IMG/VR virus record: IMGVR_UViG_3300037722_000278
Coordinates: 1 to 51,081 of that record
Length of the DNA stretch: 51,081 nt
Source of the DNA: a virus
Lineage: Duplodnaviria; Caudoviricetes
Reading direction: 5' to 3' (one strand)
In this document: positions 26,828-33,295 of the stretch, piece after piece
Layout of the letters: every line of letters begins with the position of its first letter
How positions within the stretch are numbered: the first letter of the stretch is position 1
Notes under the pieces: generated by a model
The model's database searches: none
What the model saw: only the letters and a program-made list of their open reading frames with translations
Told to the model about the DNA's origin: nothing
Position numbers and translations under genes: made by a program

Positions 26828-27403
26828 CTAGCTCGGCCACATGACCTCGCCATCAGGGCATGACGGGTTGCCGACCTCCAACCATTTGGCCGTGGTCCGC
26901 ACCGTGTAGCCGCAGTCCAGACACTGGACTTTCAGCATCCGGGTCGACTGCTTCGGCCCCATAGCCTTCGGGTCGATCGCAGCATGAGGGAAGACCCCCA
27001 GGTCGCCTGCGACCTTCGTCAGATACTCCGTCAGCTTCTCCCCGGCGTGAGTCGAAGTGGGTTTGCCTTCCAGGCCTAGCTCTCGCATGCCCCGGGAGAA
27101 GGCTCCGCCATGCTTCGTGCCCGGAGGCAATGCGGCATGGAGGATTTCGTGTACCAGGGTGGCCAGGATCTCGACGGGGTCACCTAGGACCGGGCTGATG
27201 AAGAGTTGTGGGATCTCGTCGGCAGTGTTCGTGCCATACCAACACTGTCCGATAGTCCGGTTCTTCACGCTGACGGCCTTACGGCTGGGCCAGCCGACCG
27301 AGACTCGAACCTCGGGCATGTCGTATCCGGCGCCCTCGAAGAGTGTGGTGAGGGTCGTGGTGGCTTCTGTCAGCCACCCCTCCCGGTTGAGTGTCGTGGT
27401 CAT
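26828..27403 (-). CDS. SprT-like zinc metallopeptidase
   Basis: GQCW, LVHEILH...HG..F and C-terminal CxxC...CP. Confidence 0.8.
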   Translation of the reverse strand: MTTTLNREGWLTEATTTLTTLFEGAGYDMPEVRVSVGWPSRKAVSVKNRTIGQCWYGTNTADEIPQLFISPVLGDPVEILATLVHEILHAALPPGTKHGGAFSRGMRELGLEGKPTSTHAGEKLTEYLTKVAGDLGVFPHAAIDPKAMGPKQSTRMLKVQCLDCGYTVRTTAKWLEVGNPSCPDGEVMWPS

Positions 27404-27516
27404 GGCCGGTCTGCAAACGTCACCGATGCAACGAAGTAACCGATGGCCTCAAGAGCCTTCTGGATCTCGTCGGTGTCGATGGCGTCAGGGTCCGATGTGT
27501 AGACGACTATGTCCAT
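27400..27516 (-). CDS. Hypothetical protein (38 aa)
   Basis: RBS from element C; ATGA overlap with the SprT-like gene. Confidence 0.55.
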   Translation of the reverse strand: MDIVVYTSDPDAIDTDEIQKALEAIGYFVASVTFADRP

Positions 27517-27523
27517 CTCTGTC

Positions 27524-27584
27524 CCTCCTTGTGGGTGTGGTGGTGTGTCCACCAGGAGGGGCACCCGAAGGTGCCCTACCTGCT
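27524..27584 (-). repeat. Structured intercistronic element copy C
   Basis: AGC-AGG-TA-GGGCAC cttcgg GTGCCC-CT-CCT-GGTGG acaca CCACC-aca-CCCACAAGGAGG. Confidence 0.85.
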
Positions 27585-27586
27585 AG

Positions 27587-27841
27587 TCACAGGAAAGCGT
27601 CGAGGTGATGCCCTTCGACGATGGCCGATGCAGGCGCCGAGACCTCGCCACGCCATGAGATCCCCTCGGGGAGATCGATCAGGCGGTCGTAGTCCTCGTC
27701 GCCGAAGGCTGAGATCGCCTGCTTGCACGGGTCGATCATGGTGCTGGGCACCGGTGGGAAGTGGTTGGATGACAGGTGCCATCCGAGTGCAGTGTCGAGG
27801 TCGGCGACCTCGGCCATGCCCATGGCGGACAGGAGGCCCAT
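27587..27841 (-). CDS. Hypothetical protein (WHL..NHFPPVP...C..AI...AIVE.HHL)
   Basis: Pattern typical of actinobacterial phage early genes. Confidence 0.7.
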   Translation of the reverse strand: MGLLSAMGMAEVADLDTALGWHLSSNHFPPVPSTMIDPCKQAISAFGDEDYDRLIDLPEGISWRGEVSAPASAIVEGHHLDAFL

Positions 27842-27981
27842 TATCGGACCTTCGTCTCGGCCAGAAGCCGACGCTGAGACCTGGGCGAAACGAGCCAGAT
27901 ATAGGCTCGGCCACCCAGTTCCAGGAATTGGATCGGAATACGACCCTTGGCTGCCAGACTGGCAAGACCAGGAGTGTTCAT
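27841..27981 (-). CDS. Hypothetical protein (46 aa)
   Basis: RBS from element E; TAATG overlap. Confidence 0.55.
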   Translation of the reverse strand: MNTPGLASLAAKGRIPIQFLELGGRAYIWLVSPRSQRRLLAETKVR

Positions 27982-27986
27982 GTTGT

Positions 27987-28049
27987 CCTCCTTGTGGACA
28001 GGTGCGGAATCACACCACCAGGCCCACCAGTGACGATGGGCTAGGCGCT
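27987..28049 (-). repeat. Structured intercistronic element copy E
   Basis: AGC-GCC-TA-GCCCATC gtcact GGTGGGC-CT-GGT-GGTGTG attc CGCACC-tgt-CCACAAGGAGG. Confidence 0.75.
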
Positions 28050-28053
28050 GAGA

Positions 28054-28191
28054 TCAGATCGAAGTGATCGTGACGGCCCGGGGATACCTCGTCCCCATGA
28101 TTCTGAAAGCCATGTCCAGGTCGAGGGCCTGAATCTCGTTTATCACGCTGACCCATGTCCCGTGATGCGCCCTCATCTTGAAAGTTCTCAC
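28054..28191 (-). CDS. Hypothetical protein (45 aa)
   Basis: GTGA overlap with upstream gene; stop abuts element E. Confidence 0.4.
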   Translation of the reverse strand: MRTFKMRAHHGTWVSVINEIQALDLDMAFRIMGTRYPRAVTITSI

Positions 28192-28466
28192 AGAACGTCG
28201 GTCAGCTTGGCGACCACCGCCCGTGCCTCGGGCGGGGTCATAAACAGGTGTGTCTCCCCGATGGTCAGGTAGACCTTCCCGTCTTGGACGACGCCCGAAT
28301 TGACTCGCCGGGGCATGGTGTTCTTGCGAGGGTGGATGTCAACCGATACGAACGCACTGGTGCCTCCGTCGGGGTCGAGTTCAAACTCTCGGACATGGAC
28401 GGTGTGCTGGTCGTCGTGCGTCTCGTAGGCGGTGCCTGGCGAGCCGTAAAGGCTGCGTGTTTCCAT
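28188..28466 (-). CDS. Hypothetical protein, first early gene
   Basis: CCACAAGGAGG RBS before ATG 28466. Confidence 0.65.
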   Translation of the reverse strand: METRSLYGSPGTAYETHDDQHTVHVREFELDPDGGTSAFVSVDIHPRKNTMPRRVNSGVVQDGKVYLTIGETHLFMTPPEARAVVAKLTDVL

Positions 28467-28863
28467 GATGTCCTCCTTGTGGACAGCCACCGGCTGATGC
28501 CGGTAGGCCACCAGACCCCTCAGGTCTCACACGGTTTGAGCGATGCCAGAGGAGTCTGATGGCCCACCACCATGGGCCTAGTACAGGGCAGAGCATCAAG
28601 CCGTGATCTGAGCGCCAAGGTCCAAGCGCTAGGGCGCCGTCCATGTGCGTCTTGCCTTGCAGATGCCGTCGTATCCGTCAACTGCCCTGTACTAGGCCCA
28701 CCAGAGATGGGCCTCAAAGAGTTCATTCACTTGCCCCCAGCCTCGCTCGCCACGGACATCACCTGCCAAAGGCCTGAGAGAATCCCGACTCGTCGCCATC
28801 ACCACCCACTCGGGCCGTAGCGTACGCCGGACCTTGCCCCCGTATGTGCCGGGGTCAACCCCG

Positions 28864-28893
28864 ACTGTACAGCGACCAGTCCAGAACTGTCAA
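28864..28893 (-). promoter_or_regulatory. Sigma-A-type early promoter TTGACA-N18-TACAGT
   Basis: Consensus -35 and near-consensus -10 at the head of the early arm; spacer contains GACTGGTCG. Confidence 0.75.
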
Positions 28894-29683
28894 GGGCTGT
28901 GACCAGGGCTTATGCACCCATTCGTGGACTAGTCGGCCAGACTGACGCCGTAAGTAGGCACCAGAGTCGCCACCCGAGCGCAGAGCTTAGTACCCTGCAC
29001 CACGCAGTACCATGCACCACACGATACCCATGCGTGTCAGCCTCAGTGCTCAGGGTGCGGCTCAGTCACACTGTATTGGTGAGTGCTGCCGCATGCACAG
29101 TACCTGGCACTGCATGGTACTGAGCAGAGGGTGCCAGGGTCCACTCACTGTCCAGTACGTGGAACAGCGAGGTCGTGGAACCGTGCCAGCCACGAGGACG
29201 GCTCCCAGGCGGAAACCACCCCCCACCAGGCCTGACGGGGGACCGGGGTCCATAAGGTCGCCGTGCGACGCTATGGGGAAGGGCACGTAGTGGTGTGGCG
29301 TACAGGTTGCTCTGGGCTTTGTGCGGTTTCTGTGTCCGTAGTCTGTGTCTCTTGTGTGCTCGAGCCGCCGCAGGCGGCGTTCGAGCCTGAGTCTAGGTGC
29401 TGGGACCACGCCCACCCCTTCGCTGCCTCACCGTTTTTTCTGACATCGATGTCAGTTCTGGTCGTGATCACCATCATGTTGGTCTGTTCCAGCGTTTTTC
29501 GAGACATGGCTGGTCTCTGCCGTCTGACGGGCTGCTGCCGGGGCCCAGCCGGCTTCGGACTTGCGTCCTACTCGAGCGTCTGATCGTCTGTCGGCTTGCG
29601 TGGGGCGCCGGGGAGACCCTTGTCAGTATCCGCCCATGGAGCGACGAGACGCAACCGGCGGGTTGCACGTTCGTGTACCTCGT

Positions 29684-29700
29684 TGACACTGTTTGGGGGG
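29684..29700 (+). promoter_or_regulatory. Putative late promoter motif TGACA-N6-GGGGGG at start of RNA cluster
   Basis: Matches the bipartite motif. Confidence 0.55.
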
Positions 29701-29778
29701 CTTAGAGAAGAGCCGCTAAGGCTCCTTGTGGGAGCCGAGCCCTCTACGGGCCGGCACCGGGCGGTAAATCCCGCCCTT

Positions 29779-29846
29779 AAGTCTCGCACCGGGTGCGGGC
29801 TGGCCTCCAAAACCGGCCTTGCGGGGTTCGACACCTCGGGGACTTG
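29779..29846 (+). tRNA. tRNA-Trp(CCA)-like with reduced D-arm
   Basis: AAGTCTC/GGGACTT acceptor; CTCCAAA anticodon loop; CGGGG-TTCGACA-CCTCG T-arm; D-arm only GCAC-cgg-GTGC. Confidence 0.65.
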
Positions 29847-30030
29847 CTAGGACGAGAGAGACCTGCGCCCATCAGCGTGGTTCGTCCGCCGGAGTGATGC
29901 CCGTGCGCCTCTCGACCGAAACAGGCCACCGTCCAGGTGAGCTGAGACTGACGAAGGAGCCTATTCGGGCTCTCGAATCGGTCTCCACTCCTCACCTGGA
30001 CACCGGTCTGGACCTCCCCTCCACCCCAGA

Positions 30031-30050
30031 ATTGGGAACCTGTCAGCTAA
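30031..30050 (+). repeat. 20-bp element ATTGGGAACCTGTCAGCTAA (copy 2)
   Basis: Exact reverse complement of 15446-15465. Confidence 0.85.
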
Positions 30051-30080
30051 TTCGTCCTGATAGGGGTATGAGCACTGTGT

Positions 30081-30097
30081 TTACGCTGCCAGGGTGG
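30081..30097 (+). promoter_or_regulatory. Putative late promoter motif TTACG-N6-GGGTGG upstream of structured RNA
   Basis: Exact match to the motif core. Confidence 0.65.
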
Positions 30098-30103
30098 CTT
30101 ATG

Positions 30104-30560
30104 AGACACCCGATTAGGCGGACGCCGGCGGCACCGGCGGCCAGATGGGCGAACTGATCTAGCAGTGTGTGGTGTGTGAGCCCGGGATAAACGCTCCTGG
30201 CAGCCTCGCCAGATGGGGCACCTTCGGCCGGAAGGTGGAGTGTGAAGCCCGGGCCCGGCACGTTGACAACATGACGCAACTCGAGCTGAGTTGCAGGTGG
30301 TTGGTAAAGAGTCAGGAGGGAGACACCCCTCTGACCAACGGTGAAAGGCTTTTTATTGGGCTAGGTACCCAGGGTCATATAGCCGGATGAGGGGCAGCGG
30401 TGAGTGCTGCGGAACGGAGTGGTCTCCGGGCCGGTGGCTCCTGACTCTTTACGAGCCTCCTGCGACCCTGTATCCACGAGGGGGGTCGTATTGATAGATG
30501 ACTGCTATGCCTGGTGAGAAGTGGATCGAGCAGTCGCTTGACCCCAGCAGGGGGCTCGCA
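30104..30560 (+). ncRNA. Putative large structured ncRNA
   Basis: Perfect 15-bp stem 30304-30318/30438-30452; nested stems, pseudoknot and kissing-loop complementarities; no credible ORF. Confidence 0.55.
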
Positions 30561-30565
30561 CAGGT

Positions 30566-30643
30566 TGGATTCACCGCTTGGGGTGATAGGGCACCGTAAC
30601 CATCCGGGCCTTGAAGAGGGGAGTTCGAGACCCCCGAATCCAC
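30566..30643 (+). tRNA. tRNA-like element / pseudo-tRNA (anticodon unclear)
   Basis: TGGATTC/GAATCCA acceptor and GGGAG-TTCGAGA-CCCCC T-arm; anticodon arm enlarged. Confidence 0.4.
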
Positions 30644-30696
30644 GCAGGAGTCCCCCATCCGATCGGCGGGTCGCCCCCGAGGGGGCTCCAGCATTT

Positions 30697-30769
30697 GCCG
30701 AGGTAGCTCAGTGGCAGAGCACCGGGCTCATAACCCGGATGTCGTGCGGTTCGACTCCCACCTTCGGCT
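30697..30769 (+). tRNA. tRNA-Met(CAT)
   Basis: GCCGAGG/CTTCGGC acceptor; TAGCTCAGTGGCAGAGC D-arm; CCGGG-CTCATAA-CCCGG anticodon arm; T-arm with a 1-nt bulge. Confidence 0.85.
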
Positions 30770-30871
30770 CGGCGAGCCCTCAACTGGGTAAATAGCGGCG
30801 GTGGAAACCCTCGCCGGCTGGAACCCTCCCGCCACCGACATGGCGGGCCTGTCGGGGATAGGGCTCGCCTT

Positions 30872-30944
30872 ACCCCGGTCTGTCTAACTGGTAGGACGCC
30901 AGGCCCTGAACCTGGAAGTGGAGGTTCGAGTCCTTCCTGGGGTG
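30872..30944 (+). tRNA. tRNA-Gln(CTG)
   Basis: ACCCCGG/CTGGGGT acceptor; CCAGG-CCCTGAA-CCTGG anticodon arm; GGAGG-TTCGAGT-CCTTC T-arm; C at position 33. Confidence 0.75.
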
Positions 30945-30974
30945 CGGCCGGTGTATGACCCCGTTCATCCGGGG

Positions 30975-31031
30975 CGGCCGGTGGGCTTCTGGTTGATGTA
31001 GAACAGGAGGGTCCGATTCCCTCCCGGCCCG
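30975..31031 (+). tRNA. D-armless tRNA-like element
   Basis: GGCCGG/CCGGCC acceptor; TTCTG-GTTGATG-TAGAA arm; GAGGG-TCCGATT-CCCTC T-arm. Confidence 0.35.
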
Positions 31032-31039
31032 CTAGGTCT

Positions 31040-31056
31040 TGTCGCCCCTCGGGTGG
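31040..31056 (+). promoter_or_regulatory. Putative late promoter motif variant TGTCG-N6-GGGTGG before terminase
   Basis: In-frame GTG at 31063 lies 6 nt downstream. Confidence 0.55.
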
Positions 31057-31062
31057 ACGTAT

Positions 31063-32964
31063 GTGCATGCCTCCGTCTCGAAGATGTCCGTCGACCGCCG
31101 CATCGACGCAGCCATCTCCAAAGTGCTCGACACCGGATGGACCCAGTCTGAAGCCGCCCGCCACTACGGGATCAACCGTTCCAACCTGAACCGTCGGATC
31201 AAGCCGATCCGACAGCAGCGTGAAGCCAACGAACTCCGAGCTGCCGAAGAACTCCTCGCCGGCACACGCCAGCCTCTCATTCAAGAGACTCGACGTGTCG
31301 GCACCTTCGCCGAGTTCGAAGAGCGGTATTTCGGAGAGCTGATCTGCCCGGACTGTCAGGTCCACCATGAGACGCCCGAGTTCCACAAGGAGATCGCCGA
31401 GGCGATCGACTCCGACGCCCGCAGGATCCTCATCAACCTGCCCCCCTACCACTCGAAAAGCACGCTGGTAACTGTCAAACACACCGTCTACGACATTGCC
31501 AAGAATCCGAACTCCCGGACCATCATCGTCTCCAAGTCCGGGCCCTTCGCCAAATCCTTCCTCCACGCCATCAAGTCCTGGCTGTCGGTCGAAGAGCTGT
31601 ACCAGAACACGCAAGGCAACCTGATCAAGGACTTCGGCCCGTTCATGCCCGAGAACGAAGGCTGGTCCCAGTACGAGATCTACGTCCAGAACCGTCACAT
31701 GGCCGGCGGCGTCGAGAAAGACCCGACCGTCCTGTCCATGGGCTATGGCGGGCAGATCTACGGCCGGCGTGCCGACAAGATCAAGTTCGACGACATTGCC
31801 ACGCTCGAGAACCAGCGGAACCCCGAGCGTGTCGCCCAGATGATCGAGTGGCTCAACAAGGAGGCTCTGTCTCGTATCGGGAAGAGCGGGCAGGCTGTCT
31901 GGGCTGGCACTCGAGTCGCCCCCGGCGACATCTACTCGGTGCTGATGAACCGGCCCGGGTACAAGGTCATCAGGTATCCGGCGCTCATCGACGACGAACA
32001 CGAGCAGGTTCTCTGGCCGGAACACTTCCCCTACGAACAGGTACTCGTCCACCGGTCTGAGATGAGTCCCGCCGACTTCCAGCTCGTCTACCAGAACGTC
32101 GATGTCCCCGGTTTAAACGCCTCCTTCACTCAGGAGATCCTCGACGAGGCGAAAGACACTGATCGTCAGTTCGGTCACTACGAGACCGGATGGCGTCTCA
32201 TTGCCGGGCTCGACCCGGCCGGCGGGACCAAGGGGTCCGGGTATACGGCCCTCGTCTTGCTGGCTATCGATCTGAACACGGGGAAGCGGTTCGTCGTGGA
32301 CGCTGTCGCCGAGAAGGCGATGAAGGCGCCCCGGCTCAAGCAGCTCATGTTCGAGTGGACCGACCGCTACCCGATCTACGAGTGGCGTGTCGAGTCGAAC
32401 GGGCTCCAGTCGCAGCTCGTCCAGTACAACGAGGAGATCATCCAGCATCTCGCCAAGCGTGGCGTCAGGGTCATCCCCCACCAGACACATTCGAACAAGT
32501 GGGATCCCGAGTTCGGGGTCGAATCCATCGCCCCGCTCTTCTATGCAGACCTGGTCTCTATCCCGTGGGCTGGCGTCCAGTCAGCACAGAAGTTTCAGCG
32601 GCTCATCGAAGAGTTCGTCGCCTTCCCGATGGGGATCACCTCCGACCTGGTTATGGCTTTCTGGTTCGCCGACCTCGGGGCTCGAGACCTCCTACGCCGG
32701 GCACACCTTCCCATGTTCAACGAGCGGCTGCGGAAACGGTGGCCGAAGCGGATCCGATCCAGAGCCCGGGTCGTCAACTTCGAAGACCAGTCAGTCAGGC
32801 CAGTCTCCATGGAAGACCAGCGTCTCGGCCACATGACTCGGGGGCAGCAGGGCTACCGCAGGATGACTGTCGGCACCCCCACTCCGCACGGGTCTGTCCG
32901 TGAGTTCGAGGCTGAGCCTGTCGAGAAGCCGATGAATATCGACCCGAAGATCTGGACGCCCTGA
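31063..32964 (+). CDS. terL: Terminase large subunit with N-terminal HTH
   Basis: INLPPYHSKST (Walker A), GRRADKIKFDD (Walker B), GTR, GLDPA and DLVMA nuclease motifs; start is 31063 or 31084. Confidence 0.92.
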   Translation: MHASVSKMSVDRRIDAAISKVLDTGWTQSEAARHYGINRSNLNRRIKPIRQQREANELRAAEELLAGTRQPLIQETRRVGTFAEFEERYFGELICPDCQVHHETPEFHKEIAEAIDSDARRILINLPPYHSKSTLVTVKHTVYDIAKNPNSRTIIVSKSGPFAKSFLHAIKSWLSVEELYQNTQGNLIKDFGPFMPENEGWSQYEIYVQNRHMAGGVEKDPTVLSMGYGGQIYGRRADKIKFDDIATLENQRNPERVAQMIEWLNKEALSRIGKSGQAVWAGTRVAPGDIYSVLMNRPGYKVIRYPALIDDEHEQVLWPEHFPYEQVLVHRSEMSPADFQLVYQNVDVPGLNASFTQEILDEAKDTDRQFGHYETGWRLIAGLDPAGGTKGSGYTALVLLAIDLNTGKRFVVDAVAEKAMKAPRLKQLMFEWTDRYPIYEWRVESNGLQSQLVQYNEEIIQHLAKRGVRVIPHQTHSNKWDPEFGVESIAPLFYADLVSIPWAGVQSAQKFQRLIEEFVAFPMGITSDLVMAFWFADLGARDLLRRAHLPMFNERLRKRWPKRIRSRARVVNFEDQSVRPVSMEDQRLGHMTRGQQGYRRMTVGTPTPHGSVREFEAEPVEKPMNIDPKIWTP

Positions 32965-32978
32965 CGCTGCTTGGGCGG
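32962..32978 (+). promoter_or_regulatory. Putative late promoter motif TGACG-N6-GGGCGG, 8 nt before ATG 32987
   Basis: Matches the motif. Confidence 0.65.
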
Positions 32979-32986
32979 ACAGATAG

Positions 32987-33295
32987 ATGTCAACACTGAG
33001 TGACCGCCGCCGTGACCGGCGGAACCGGGCCGCCTTCAACCGAGCCAAGACCAAGGCAGGCGAGGATGGGATGGTCTGCGGCTACACGGATCCCGAGGGG
33101 AACCCCCGTTATTTCGTGACGCCACGAGGGACTCCAGACGAGGAGGTCCGAGAGCGAGCCTTCCAGGCGATCCACGGCCGGCCCATGAACCGAGCCGAAC
33201 AGCTCCTCGACGCTGCCCAGTCAGGCGACCTGATCCGAGCCTACGAGCAGGCGATGACCCACTATCTCGACAGAACTCCCGTGGCTGATGTTTGA
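32987..33295 (+). CDS. Hypothetical protein
   Basis: Between terminase and portal; leaderless start. Confidence 0.6.
   Translation: MSTLSDRRRDRRNRAAFNRAKTKAGEDGMVCGYTDPEGNPRYFVTPRGTPDEEVRERAFQAIHGRPMNRAEQLLDAAQSGDLIRAYEQAMTHYLDRTPVADV

Noticed and set aside
25779-28049. Intergenic repeats as a CRISPR or mini-array
   Set aside because: Copies are separated by whole genes, vary in sequence, and end in an RBS. The RecB/Cas4-like nuclease is a standard phage exonuclease, and no cas operon is present.
29948-29980. CTGACGA-stem-CGAA resembling a hammerhead ribozyme core
   Set aside because: It reads GAAT rather than GAAA, and the flanks pair with each other as one long hairpin, leaving no stem I/III with an NUH cleavage site.
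30945-30975. CCCCG-TTCATC-CGGGG hairpin as a TCA-anticodon (Sec/suppressor) tRNA arm
   Set aside because: The loop has 6 nt and no proper D-arm or cloverleaf geometry surrounds it; TGA is used normally as a stop throughout the genome.
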